From positions 9,312,001-9,376,000 of the forward strand of contig JASGJH010000001.1 in NCBI GenBank assembly GCA_047601445.1: DNA of 64,000 bases, read 5' to 3'. Shown in pieces: positions 31,171 to 41,636 of this stretch. The DNA is from Myxococcales bacterium. Its GTDB lineage: Bacteria > Myxococcota_A > Polyangia > Polyangiales > DASUME01. The notes under the pieces were generated by a model that was not told where the DNA came from, did not search any database, and worked only from the letters and a program-made list of their open reading frames with translations. How positions within the stretch are numbered: position 1 is the first letter of the stretch; each line of letters starts with the position of its first letter. A program made the translations under genes and the position numbers.

Positions 31171-34100
31171 TCACGTCTCCTCATACACATGCCCATGCAG
31201 GTCCGGCGGGTCCTCGCGCAAGACCTGCAGCGCCCGCCGTGTCTTCGGTGCACTCTGGACAGTCTGCTCGCCGCGCGCGCGTTCGAGCTCGCCCTGGCGC
31301 AGTCGTCCGCGATGCAGCACTCGCGTTACGCCAGGGATGTTGAGCAGCGGTGGCGCGACCAGGGTCTCCAGCGAGAGCATGGAGCAGGGACAGTTGGCGC
31401 AGCTGCCCACGAAGCGCACGCTCACCTCGCCCGTGCTCTCGTCGAAGCCCACCAGATTGATGCGACCCCCGTCGTTGTCGAGCACCGGGCCGATGAAGGA
31501 GTCGATGACCTCGCGTACTTTGGCCTGAGCGCTGGTCGTGCTGTCGGTGATCACGCTGGAAAACGAGCGGAAGCGGGCCTCGCCGCAGTCGCCGACCTCG
31601 ATCCCGAGCTGCCGCGATTGCAGCCGCTCGATCAGGTCCGAGTCGGCTTGCGCGTCGAGCATCTCGAGCCCCACCAGCCCTTGCACCAACGCCGGCGAGA
31701 GGTTCGCGTGCAGCAGGAAGTCCCGATAGTCACGCGCGGCCGCCGGTACGAAGGAGAGCTTTTGCGTGAACTCTCGCCAGGGCAGCGCCACCGGGCCTGC
31801 CAGCCGAAAGTTGCCTGCGTCCACGCGCACGAACTGGGCCACCAGCTCGGCCAGTCGGTCGAAGAAGCGCCGGTGCTCCGCCTTGCTCGCGCTGCGCTTC
31901 TTCACGATCACCTTGGATCGCAGCGCGATCAGCTCCTTGTCCTTGGGCAGGACCCCGGTCACTACGTCGACCTTGACCGCGAGGTTGCGGCGGCGATCGA
32001 CGACGATCACCGCGTTGGTACCGGTGGCCCGCGAATGCACCAGGCGCGCCGCGTCGAGGTCGGCAGGCGTGATCCCCATGAAGTACGCGGGGACGTCGCC
32101 CGCGCACGGGATCGCGATGCCCGAAATCAGCGCGAGATCCTCACGCGGCACGGGTCGACCGCGGCCGAACAGGGCCTCGATGCCGGCCTTGATCGCCACG
32201 AACAGCTGAACCGCTACGACCTCTTCCTTGAGCTCGAGCACCGCGCTCTTGTGGGCCAGCAGCAGGTTGGCCTCCTCCACGCGTTCGTCGGCGCCGAGCA
32301 TCGGCACACCGCCAACGAGGTCCGACAGCAAGGTCAGGAGCGCGTTGTCGTACTCGATGCGTCGCAGGAGCGGCAGCAACACGTACAGGAGACGCTCCCT
32401 CGCATCGGCGGGCAGGGTGGCCAGCAGCAGCGCCCCTCGAGCTCGGTAGGCGGCGTCGTTCATGTAACGCTGCACGAAGGTGGCCATGGCCCCCACGGCC
32501 TCGGCGCGTGCACATTCTTGCTCGCCCCGGGGCTTGCGGAGCTCCTCCCAGGGCAGCCAGTCCGGCGCACCGGGCTCGCCGCGGGCCGCGCGTTCCATGG
32601 CCTGTTCGTCCGGATAGACGGCACGATAGTGGGCGTAGAGGCGCTCCACGCTCTGGAGCAGCGCAGCACGCTCGGGTTCCTGCCACAGGGCCGCCTCGAG
32701 CTTTCCGAGCTTCTCGAGCCGCACCGGGGTGCGCTTGATCAGGCTCTGGTTGGTGAAGCGATCACTGTCGAGATAGTCCGTCAAGCGGTTGGTCTCGCCC
32801 GCCACGAAGTCGAGGAAGGGGAACTCCACGGGCGCGTTCTCGTTCAGCGAGACGGTGCCGATGACCACGCCGTGCTGGCTCGACATCCGCACTGCGTCGC
32901 CCTCGGCGAGCCCTTCGCGCGCGGCGTAGCTCGGGTGGATCTGGATCGCGTAGGACTCGTCGTGGCGGCCCGCGATGGCCATGCTCTTGATGCCCGAGTT
33001 GTAGCGGCGAACGTAGAGCTTGGCGTCCTTGCCCGGTCGGCCACGCCCCGTGATCAAGCTGCGCAGCTGCTCGTCGCCGCGCGCCACCAGGTTCGCGAGC
33101 AGCTCCTCCGGTGGACGCACCAGCCGCGCCTGCCTGCGTTCGTGCTGCCGCAGACCCGGAAACACGTTGCCCTCGCTGCGCGCGTGCGCGTAGCGACCGT
33201 CGCCCTGCCACTGCACGCCCAAGCCTGCCCGCTGCTTGAGCAGCGCATGGGAGATCGGGGTGCCGTGCTCGTCTTCGAGGCGATTGTAGACGTCGAGCGC
33301 CCGCGAGGTCGACACCACGTGATCGAACACGTCGGAGGCACGGACGCTGCCGTCGGCTTGCAGGTAGCGCCCGAACGCGCGCGTGATCACGTCGGGGTCG
33401 AGGTCGTTCAACGCCGCCGTGTCGGTGTCGCGCAGGCGAGCCGCGATGGTCAGGGCGAGTCGCGCCAGGATCTGCTCGTCGGACCAGGCCAGGGCAGGAG
33501 GCTCGCTGATGCCCTGCTGGAGCTGCAACGTGCGGTCGCCGCGTTGAATCACGCCGGTCCGCTCGGTGTAGGTGAGGGCGGGCAAGATCACGTCGGCGTG
33601 GTCGAGCGCACCCTCCGGCAGGAACGAGTCGATCACGATGTTGTAGGCGCGCCCCAGGCGGCGCTTCCACTGGCCGAGACGCGGCATATTGCGCGTCATC
33701 TGGGTGCCCAGGAACAGGAAGCAGTACAGGTGGTCGTCCTCGGACATGCGCGCCACCGGGGTCCCCTCGGTGCGCGGAATATTGTGCTCCGGGATGTCGA
33801 GCAGCTCCGCGAGCTCCCTGCGGTGCGCCGGGTTGGCCGGGTCGAGGTTGAACACCAGCTTGCGTGAGTTCATCCCCAGCATGAGCTCACTGGTGGCGTT
33901 CGACTGGCCGGCGATGCGCATGGAGCCGGCGCCTCGCCGGCCGACGTTGCCGGTCAAGAGCAGCAGGTTCAAGTTGGTGGAGAAGCCGTAGGAGCCGGTG
34001 CTCTGGTTGATGCCCATGCTCGACACGAAGGCGGGCTTGGGGCGCTCTCCCGCCTCGTTCGGACGCGCGATCAGGCGAGCGTAGGCGCGGATGGTCGCCG

Positions 34101-35076
34101 CAAGCTCACTCACGTCCTGCCCCTCGAGCGCGATGCGGCGCGCCACCGTATCCACCGCGAAGCGTGGCTCCAGGCACATGGCCTCGAAGGCCGCGCGACT
34201 GGCGGGATCCACCGCGCGCTCGAGGTAGGCGCGGTCCTCCCAGCCCTGCATCAGGATCTCGTGGGCCACGGCCATGTTGAAGAGCACGTCGCCGCCCTGT
34301 TCGAAGCGAATGTGCAGCGTGCGTGGATCACTCGCTTGCAGGTCCACCACGGTGTGGGAGCGAACCGGATCGATCACGACCTTGACGGCCGCCTCGTTGC
34401 GCTTGGCCTTGGCGAAGGCCTGCGGAAAGGTCACGAGCGGGTTCGTGCCGTGCATCACGATCACGTCGGCCAGCGCCAGCTCCTCGAACTCGTGCCAGGT
34501 GAAGGAAGCTTCGTTGCCGAAGTTCAAGGTATGGCCCGCACCCGCGCTAGCCAGGCAGTGCTCGGAGTTGGCTCCCAGCGTCGAGATCTGGAAGACCAGC
34601 TTGTAGAGGCACTCCATCCAGATGGCTTCGACGGTCTGTTGTCCGTTGCCGTACATGGCGATGCCAGTCGGCCCGATCCACTCGCGAATGTGCAGGAACA
34701 GCCAGGCCGCGCGGTCGAGGGCGCGCTCCCAGGAGACCACCTCCATCTTGCCATCGTGCCCGCGGATCATCGGGGCTCGGATGCGGTCGTCCGCGATGCC
34801 GTGCTTCTCCAGCCGGCGTCGGCGCTGCAGGTCGCCGCCGGTCTCCAGAGACGTCAAACCCTTCACGCACAGGCCCAGGTCGCTGAGCGGCACCAAGCGT
34901 TCCTTCGAGCCCTCATCCCGCTGCACGGTGAAGGAGCAGCCCACGCCGCAGTAGCTGCATACGGATGCGCGCGACGTGAGCTCGGCGTGCCGCTGCTGGG
35001 CCTCGACATCGGTCCGTAGTTCTGCACTCTCGGCGAAGCGGCGAAGAAAGTCGGCGGGCTCCTCACGGGCGGCCAT
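31171..35076 (-). CDS. Mo-bisPGD oxidoreductase (NasA/NarB/NapA-like) fused to an unknown domain and a C-terminal NifU domain
   Basis: CSYCGVGC..LCVKG [4Fe-4S]; EHCLASA Mo-ligand Cys; SMGINQS; GQSNA; ADVILPA; IHPSYA..EGL.EGD.V; C-terminal PVLDNDGG...GSCANC; AGGAGG RBS; no Tat signal. Confidence 0.88.
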   Translation of the reverse strand: MAAREEPADFLRRFAESAELRTDVEAQQRHAELTSRASVCSYCGVGCSFTVQRDEGSKERLVPLSDLGLCVKGLTSLETGGDLQRRRRLEKHGIADDRIRAPMIRGHDGKMEVVSWERALDRAAWLFLHIREWIGPTGIAMYGNGQQTVEAIWMECLYKLVFQISTLGANSEHCLASAGAGHTLNFGNEASFTWHEFEELALADVIVMHGTNPLVTFPQAFAKAKRNEAAVKVVIDPVRSHTVVDLQASDPRTLHIRFEQGGDVLFNMAVAHEILMQGWEDRAYLERAVDPASRAAFEAMCLEPRFAVDTVARRIALEGQDVSELAATIRAYARLIARPNEAGERPKPAFVSSMGINQSTGSYGFSTNLNLLLLTGNVGRRGAGSMRIAGQSNATSELMLGMNSRKLVFNLDPANPAHRRELAELLDIPEHNIPRTEGTPVARMSEDDHLYCFLFLGTQMTRNMPRLGQWKRRLGRAYNIVIDSFLPEGALDHADVILPALTYTERTGVIQRGDRTLQLQQGISEPPALAWSDEQILARLALTIAARLRDTDTAALNDLDPDVITRAFGRYLQADGSVRASDVFDHVVSTSRALDVYNRLEDEHGTPISHALLKQRAGLGVQWQGDGRYAHARSEGNVFPGLRQHERRQARLVRPPEELLANLVARGDEQLRSLITGRGRPGKDAKLYVRRYNSGIKSMAIAGRHDESYAIQIHPSYAAREGLAEGDAVRMSSQHGVVIGTVSLNENAPVEFPFLDFVAGETNRLTDYLDSDRFTNQSLIKRTPVRLEKLGKLEAALWQEPERAALLQSVERLYAHYRAVYPDEQAMERAARGEPGAPDWLPWEELRKPRGEQECARAEAVGAMATFVQRYMNDAAYRARGALLLATLPADARERLLYVLLPLLRRIEYDNALLTLLSDLVGGVPMLGADERVEEANLLLAHKSAVLELKEEVVAVQLFVAIKAGIEALFGRGRPVPREDLALISGIAIPCAGDVPAYFMGITPADLDAARLVHSRATGTNAVIVVDRRRNLAVKVDVVTGVLPKDKELIALRSKVIVKKRSASKAEHRRFFDRLAELVAQFVRVDAGNFRLAGPVALPWREFTQKLSFVPAAARDYRDFLLHANLSPALVQGLVGLEMLDAQADSDLIERLQSRQLGIEVGDCGEARFRSFSSVITDSTTSAQAKVREVIDSFIGPVLDNDGGRINLVGFDESTGEVSVRFVGSCANCPCSMLSLETLVAPPLLNIPGVTRVLHRGRLRQGELERARGEQTVQSAPKTRRALQVLREDPPDLHGHVYEET

Positions 35077-35241
35077 GAACTCATCCTCCTAAGAAACCAG
35101 ACGAAGAAAGGTCTGACTGTCACCGCTATCACCGCGCGCCGAGGCTGCGCAGTATCCGGCTGCGACAACAAGCCTGACCGAAGGGACACTCGGCGCAGAT
35201 TGCGTCTTCGCAGGCGTGAGGAAGGCGCTAGCGTCACGTCG

Positions 35242-35811
35242 ATGCGTCTGTCGTTGATTTGCTCGATGTTCTTGTTCGTTGCCTGCGGCGACTCCTCGGA
35301 TACCGAACGAACCTCCGGAGGTGACCCGCCTGACCATGCTGCCGATGCAGGCCACGCTGCGGGCGAACACGGCGACGCGGGCTTCGACGAAACCGCTGGC
35401 GCGGAGCTCGGTGCGGCCTGCGATCCGGAGCATGCAAGCTCCTGCGGCGGGGACGACAACAAGTGCCTCACGGAGCTCGCGGTGCTCGACACCCGGGTCG
35501 AGTTCCGCGGCGGCTACTGCTCGGCAGGCTGTGACACCTCCGCGGAATGCGGCGCCGATGGGGCCTGTCCGGTCGGCGAGACGCGCGCCGAGCTCGCGGG
35601 CACGCCCATGGCAGCGTTGTTCGATACGCTGCCTTCCAATTGCCTACGCGCCTGTGAGTCGGCCGCGGAATGTCGCACCGAGGAGGGCTACGACTGCAAG
35701 CCCATGACGGCGGCCATGCCCGAGCAGCTGCGCGCCATCGTGGGCACGCTGCTCGCCGACAAGCCCATCACGAAGCGCACGCTCTGCGTCCCCATCCAGC
35801 CCGCGAAGTGA
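35242..35811 (+). CDS. Cys-rich lipoprotein
   Basis: Lipobox FVAC; GAAC, GGYCS..C, CLRAC, CR..EGYDC pattern typical of myxobacterial Cys-rich domains. Confidence 0.75.
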   Translation: MRLSLICSMFLFVACGDSSDTERTSGGDPPDHAADAGHAAGEHGDAGFDETAGAELGAACDPEHASSCGGDDNKCLTELAVLDTRVEFRGGYCSAGCDTSAECGADGACPVGETRAELAGTPMAALFDTLPSNCLRACESAAECRTEEGYDCKPMTAAMPEQLRAIVGTLLADKPITKRTLCVPIQPAK

Positions 35812-35828
35812 TGCGTGCTGTGAACTCG

Positions 35829-36660
<832 letters not shown>

Positions 36661-36767
36661 GGAACTAGGCCGTGCATGTAGCACGCGGCCCCGACCCCTC
36701 GCGCGCCCGCTGGGAGGACAGCGAACCTCGCGGAGGAGTGGGTCCGGTGCCCCCCGTTCAGGAAAAA

Positions 36768-37853
36768 TCAGTAGCTCATGACCGCTTCCGGTGAGCTTCC
36801 ATACTCGTGCGCCACGCCATCGGCTTTGCGACAGGCCTCGAAGAGCGCACGCCGCACGAGACCTGCGAGCACACGTTGTTCGAGGTAACCCTGCAAGACC
36901 TCGTGCCTTCGCTCCGGGAAGCGCGTGAGTAGCGGCAACGCCACGTCCTCCAGCATCCAGCGGCCGTGACGTCCGTCTTCGCGCAGGTGCAGCGACCAGT
37001 AGTCGTCATCGCCATTCGAGACCCCGAGGCGCCTGGCCGCTTGCGCGTAGGCCCAGTAAGCCGCGGGCGTGGCCAGCTCCGCGTAGGTGTAGGCTCCGCA
37101 GAAGCGCAGGTAGTGGCGCTTGTTCTCCGCCAGATAGAAGCCGTGGTTGATGGTGGCGAGAATCTCCCAGGGAGCCTCCTCGAAGTAAGCCTCGGGCCGA
37201 CTGCTGAGCTCCTGCTCCTCCAGCATGCGGGCGAAGTAGCTCGAGTGCTTCTTGGCGAGCCGTCCGGCGCCGTACTCTTCGACGAAGATGCGTGCCAGCG
37301 CCGCCTGCACGCCGTTGGGGGCGCCGCCGATGGCCCGCGCAAGCTGGCTGGCTTCCACGAGACCGGCGAGCGATCCGATTTCGAGCAGTCGTCGATATCC
37401 GCCGAGCTGCAAATCGTCGGCGAAATAGCGATCCATCGGCGACCCCGCCGCTGCACTGTCGCGCTCTGCCCAGAGGCGCAGGCTGGCCGCTGCATCCCGC
37501 GTGTCGACTTCGCCCGGTGTACCCCGCCGCGCGAGCCAGTTTGCCCAGTGAGACTCGAGCGTCATCCGCAGCTCGGCCAAGACCAGGGACTCCTCGTTGG
37601 CATAGCGGTTCGGGTCGTCGCCCCAGTAGAGCCGCAGGCGATTGAGCTCGTAGAGGCAGCGTTGCGCCTCCAGCCGACAGCGCTCGCGCTCTCCAGGATC
37701 ACTCCAGGCCCGCCGTGACAGCTGGTGAAACCGCGCGACGAGCGCCGCGCGCTGGTTCGGTCGTTGCGCCATCTCTTCGTCGAGGTTGCGCGTGTGGATC
37801 AAGGCCCGGATGACCTGATGGGGACTCGTGGAGTCGAGCAGGGTGGGGACCAT
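36768..37853 (-). CDS. Iron-containing redox enzyme (heme-oxygenase-like diiron oxidase, HDO)
   Basis: EEYGAG...KHS, YAE, HLREDGRHG metal-ligand motifs; ATG 37853 follows a sigma54 promoter. Confidence 0.85.
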   Translation of the reverse strand: MVPTLLDSTSPHQVIRALIHTRNLDEEMAQRPNQRAALVARFHQLSRRAWSDPGERERCRLEAQRCLYELNRLRLYWGDDPNRYANEESLVLAELRMTLESHWANWLARRGTPGEVDTRDAAASLRLWAERDSAAAGSPMDRYFADDLQLGGYRRLLEIGSLAGLVEASQLARAIGGAPNGVQAALARIFVEEYGAGRLAKKHSSYFARMLEEQELSSRPEAYFEEAPWEILATINHGFYLAENKRHYLRFCGAYTYAELATPAAYWAYAQAARRLGVSNGDDDYWSLHLREDGRHGRWMLEDVALPLLTRFPERRHEVLQGYLEQRVLAGLVRRALFEACRKADGVAHEYGSSPEAVMSY

Positions 37854-37864
37854 GGCGCTGCCAA

Positions 37865-37881
37865 AGCAACTAGTGATCCAG
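37865..37881 (-). promoter_or_regulatory. sigma54 promoter for the HDO gene
   Basis: Minus strand CTGGATCACTAGTTGCT: GG 37879-78, N10, GC 37867-66. Confidence 0.6.
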
Positions 37882-38074
37882 CCCCCGTTGCGCTCCGAAA
37901 AGTTCAGTCTCCGCAAACTTCTACGTTCTCGTTTTGCGCGGTGCCCCGTCGGGCCTCGATTCGTTCCGGATGTCCCTGCATCGCAGCGTGCGTATGTGCG
38001 AGGCAGAAATGCCTTCGTGCCCCAGGGCTCCTCGGCTCCCTGCGCCTCTAGGATGCGCCACGCCACCGGTCGCC

Positions 38075-38854
38075 TCATTTGAACTTGTCTTCGGGGAACA
38101 CGACGCCCTCGAGGCAGTCCCCCAGGTTGCTGTTCACCGCTGCCCCAGGTTCCAGCGTGCCGCTCCATGTGCCCTTACCGCCTGGTGCCTCACCGAGCGT
38201 GAACACGGGCTTGGGCTCGCGCACCTCGTAGGTCCCCTGGACGAAGGACTGCGTCTGCGGATCAAAGGTCGCCGCGGCGGTTCCCTTGAAGAAGTAGTTC
38301 ACGAAGTTCCCTGAGCCATCCTTGGTGGCGTAGTAGCCGCGCAGCTCCCCCGTTAGCTTGCCCGTGACGCAGTCGAGCTGACCGGTGAAGAGCGAGCGCG
38401 CGGGCTTGAAGTCGGGGGTGTCGTTGCCCTGCGCGACGAAGCATCCATTGCCGATGGTGTAGAACTCGCCTTCGCTGTTCTTCACGATGTCGAACTCCGT
38501 GTCGGCAGAGTCGGGCTTGCCCTCGAGGGGACCGATGACACCCGGCCACACGCTGTTGGCCGTCGACCAGTAGACGATCTCGTTGTGGCCTTTGTAGTGA
38601 CCAGGCTTGCAGTACACGCCGTCCTCGGGAGTGGGATCGCAATCGGTGCAGGCGCCTCCGTCGACATCGCTCGTAGGGTCCGCATCGCCATCGCCATCGC
38701 CATCGCCATCGCCATCACCATCGCCATCGCCATCGCCAGGATCGCTCGAGGCCGGGTGACCGTCATCCACGGGCATGCCGCGGTTCGAACCGGGGTCGTC
38801 GCCGCAGCCGAGAAGCAGGAGGAGCACGAAGAAGGTAGAAGCTATGCGAGGCAT
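38075..38854 (-). CDS. Lipoprotein, uncharacterised family type A (copy 1), with GD repeat
   Basis: Lipobox LLGC; CKPGHYKG, EGEFY, LDCVTG, FDPQTQSFV; paralog of 42305..43132. Confidence 0.8.
   Translation of the reverse strand: MPRIASTFFVLLLLLGCGDDPGSNRGMPVDDGHPASSDPGDGDGDGDGDGDGDGDGDADPTSDVDGGACTDCDPTPEDGVYCKPGHYKGHNEIVYWSTANSVWPGVIGPLEGKPDSADTEFDIVKNSEGEFYTIGNGCFVAQGNDTPDFKPARSLFTGQLDCVTGKLTGELRGYYATKDGSGNFVNYFFKGTAAATFDPQTQSFVQGTYEVREPKPVFTLGEAPGGKGTWSGTLEPGAAVNSNLGDCLEGVVFPEDKFK
38682..38737 (-). repeat. In-frame (GGCGAT)n repeat encoding about 9 Gly-Asp pairs
   Basis: CATCGC tandem units on the plus strand. Confidence 0.9.
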
Positions 38855-38878
38855 GTGAATCCCTTTCGTCCAAGCCGC

Positions 38879-39529
38879 TCAGGGTGCGGGCTCGAAATGA
38901 ACGTCGAAGCTGCCCATGCAGGCCATGCCCGCGCTGTCGGCATCGGCGAACCAGCTGCCGCGGATGTGCGGAGCGTTGGTGTCGTCCTCCGAGATCGTTC
39001 CTTGGAGGGCCGCTGTGAAGACGCCTACGGTCGGGAGCACGCCTGATAGGCCGTAATCACCGTCGGTGATCTCCGCGTGAAACTCGCCGCCTTCGCAGTC
39101 GAGACCCCCGCGCAACTGACCCGAGAAATCGGCGATCAGGAACTTGCCCTGGAGTTTGTCGCCCTCGGGATCGACCACCAGGTCGTCACACAGCTCCAGG
39201 CAACCGTCGTCGGTGGTTGCCGTACGCCCAGGCACGAGATCGAAGGCGAGCGCGCCGCCCGGCAGGGGCGCCTGGCAGGTGTAGGTCCCCACGTAGCGTC
39301 CAGCGCGGCAGACCTGGTCGTTGCTGCCTGCGTCCACGGATTCGAGCGGAGGTTCCTCGGCGGCGCGCGCGTGGTCGCCATCCTCGCCATTGCCCCGAGG
39401 TGCTTCGGCCTCCGCATCGGGGAGGGCCGGGCCCACGGCGGCGCGGACGGGGAGAGCGTCCGAGCACGCCGTGAGCGCGCCTGCCATGACCAGGGCCACG
39501 ACGGGGAGTTGGGGTGAATGCGGTCGCAT
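38879..39529 (-). CDS. Lipoprotein, uncharacterised family type B (copy 1)
   Basis: Lipobox LTAC; CRAGRYVGTYTC, LAFDLV, CLELCDDLV, GGLDC..GEFHAEITDG; paralog of 41637..42308. Confidence 0.8.
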   Translation of the reverse strand: MRPHSPQLPVVALVMAGALTACSDALPVRAAVGPALPDAEAEAPRGNGEDGDHARAAEEPPLESVDAGSNDQVCRAGRYVGTYTCQAPLPGGALAFDLVPGRTATTDDGCLELCDDLVVDPEGDKLQGKFLIADFSGQLRGGLDCEGGEFHAEITDGDYGLSGVLPTVGVFTAALQGTISEDDTNAPHIRGSWFADADSAGMACMGSFDVHFEPAP

Positions 39530-39703
39530 GTTCCTCGGGAAAAAAGCCAAAAGGGAGCGCGAATCGGATGCTTTGGAGTTAGCCTCGTCGGGGCCCCCGC
39601 CACAATCTGAGGGGCGTCCGTTTGGGGAGCGCTGAAGAGCGCTTCGGTCTCGGGTGAGTGGTCAACCGAGCCGCAGACGGGGACGCTAGGGGCACAGCAG
39701 TCA

Positions 39704-40807
39704 ATGAAACGAACCGCCGCGAACCTCGAATGGCCTCGTATCCGCCTCGTGCCCGCGTTGCTCTGGTTGGGCTGGTTGATGAGCGGCACGCTGATTGCGG
39801 TCTTCACCGCGCTGCCAAGTCAGCCCGACGTGCGCAACGTGTACATGCTCTCCTATCTGGCTCACACCCTGGCGCTCTGGGCTTCGATTCCTCTCGTGCA
39901 GTTCGCGAGCGCCAACGGCCACAACATCGCCCTGCGCCGGCCCAGGTTCTGGCGCTGGTTCCCGCGCGTGATGCTGCTCAACGGCGCCTGCTTTTCGCTG
40001 TTCTTCCTGCTCAAGCTGACACTCGCCCGCGCGCTGCGAGCAGGCAGCGCCGCTCTGCTCGACGTGCCCGGCGCCACGCCCATCGGTTTCGTCGAGGAGC
40101 TGCTCTACGAGCTGCCCAAGGACATGGCGCACTTCACATGGTTGTTCGCCGCGTTCCTCGCCTTTCGCTTCTACACGCGGGAGCGACAGGAGGCCGAACG
40201 CGCAGCACGGCTCGAAGCGATGCTCGTGAAGTCGCGGCTCGAGGCCCTGAATGCCAGGCTCGATCCTCACTTCATCTACAACGCGCTGAACACCCTCAAC
40301 TCCCTGATGCACTCGGACCTCGCGCGCACGGAGCAGCTGTTCGAGGACCTGGGCGCGCTGCTGCGCGCGGTGCTGTCCGAGGACCGACCCGTCTGGAGCT
40401 TGGCCGAGGAGCGCGCTCACACCCGGCGCTACGCGGACCTCGTGGAGGCCCGTTTCGGAGAGCGCGTGCGCGTGAAGTTCTCCCTGCCTCGGGAGCTCGA
40501 CCGTGTGGCGCTGCCCCGCTTCTGCCTCCTCACCTTGGTGGAGAATGCGGTGAAGCACAATCAACACGAGCGTCGGCCGCTGCGCATCGACGTGTATGGC
40601 GAGCGCACCCCGCAGGGGCTCTCCCTCGCCGTGAGCGACGACGGCGTGGGCTTCTGCGTGCGGGGGAACGGGTCCGTGCGCGCCGGAGGCCTGGACAGAC
40701 TCGGCGAGACCTTGCGTTTGCTCTACGGCGCCGACGCTACGCTGACGCGAGAGAGCGCTGATCCCCATGGAGCGCGCGTCACGCTGCGCTTGCCGGAGGC
40801 ATCATGA
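39704..40807 (+). CDS. LytS/YehU-family sensor histidine kinase
   Basis: 4 TM; LNARLDPHFIYNALN, ARFGER, LVENAVKH, DDGVG. Confidence 0.92.
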   Translation: MKRTAANLEWPRIRLVPALLWLGWLMSGTLIAVFTALPSQPDVRNVYMLSYLAHTLALWASIPLVQFASANGHNIALRRPRFWRWFPRVMLLNGACFSLFFLLKLTLARALRAGSAALLDVPGATPIGFVEELLYELPKDMAHFTWLFAAFLAFRFYTRERQEAERAARLEAMLVKSRLEALNARLDPHFIYNALNTLNSLMHSDLARTEQLFEDLGALLRAVLSEDRPVWSLAEERAHTRRYADLVEARFGERVRVKFSLPRELDRVALPRFCLLTLVENAVKHNQHERRPLRIDVYGERTPQGLSLAVSDDGVGFCVRGNGSVRAGGLDRLGETLRLLYGADATLTRESADPHGARVTLRLPEAS

Positions 40808-41550
40808 CCAGGCTGCGCGCGCTGATCGTGGACGATGAGAAGCCGGCCCGCGACAACCTGGCGCGCCTGCTCTCGCAGGACGTGCGCTTCGAGCTCGTGG
40901 GGCAGGCGGTCGACGGCGGAGACGCGCTGGTGCAGATCGAGCGCCTGGTGCCGGACCTGGTGTTGCTCGACATTCAGTTGCCGGGGCTGAATGGTTTCGA
41001 AGTGCTGCGGGCGTTGGGGGAACGCGACTTCGCCGTGGTGTTCTCCACGGCCCACGACGAGTATGCCCTGCGAGCCTTCGATGCCCATGCGGTGGACTAT
41101 CTGCTCAAGCCCTATGCCGCGGAGCGCTTTCGGCGTGCGCTCGACAAGGCCGCAGCAGCCCTCGCCAGCAAGCAGCGTGCGAACCACGACGAGCTCATTC
41201 GCAGCGCGCTGGCCCACGCACGGCCCAAGCTGGCCTTCAAGGAGCGCGGCGGAAACTGGGTCAGCTTTGCGCCCGAGGAGGTGCTCTGGGTGGCGGCCTA
41301 CAAGAAGCACACGCGCGTGGTGCTGCGACAGTGCGAGTACGTGGTGCGCGCCTCGCTACGTGAGCTGGAGCAGCGCCTCGACGAGGCCTTCGCGCGCACG
41401 CATCGCAGCGAGATCGTGAACCTCCGGGCGGTGCTGCGGGTGGAGCCATGGACGCACGGCGATGCCATCTTGGTGCTGGACGGCGGCGCCACCAGGGTGC
41501 TCACCAGGACCTATCGTAAGGATTTTTTGGCCGCTCTGGCAGGTCGGTGA
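40804..41550 (+). CDS. LytTR family response regulator
   Basis: IVDDE, DIQLPG..GF, STAHDEYA..AF...AVDYLLKP, FARTHRS.IVN. Confidence 0.95.
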   Translation: MTRLRALIVDDEKPARDNLARLLSQDVRFELVGQAVDGGDALVQIERLVPDLVLLDIQLPGLNGFEVLRALGERDFAVVFSTAHDEYALRAFDAHAVDYLLKPYAAERFRRALDKAAAALASKQRANHDELIRSALAHARPKLAFKERGGNWVSFAPEEVLWVAAYKKHTRVVLRQCEYVVRASLRELEQRLDEAFARTHRSEIVNLRAVLRVEPWTHGDAILVLDGGATRVLTRTYRKDFLAALAGR

Positions 41551-41636
41551 AAAGACTTCACAAGCCAGCGAGGTCCAGAAGTTTCCTGGTGAAAGATTGG
41601 GTGCATCATGCGCGATGGCGATCTTGGCGCGGAGTC

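Noticed and set aside
31189..33867. 892-aa plus-strand ORF
   Set aside because: Antisense to the molybdoenzyme; composition reflects reverse-strand codon bias.
31171..35076. Calling the molybdoenzyme nasA, napA or fdhF, or inferring nitrogen fixation from NifU
   Set aside because: Active-site strings deviate, there is no Tat signal, no SeCys/His Fdh motif and no partner genes; NifU domains are general Fe-S carriers.
39600..39665. Loose CTGAgggGCG / CTGAagaGCG / GTGAgtgGTC repeats in the first LytS intergenic region
   Set aside because: Irregular spacing (25 and 22 bp) and low identity; not distinguishable from chance.
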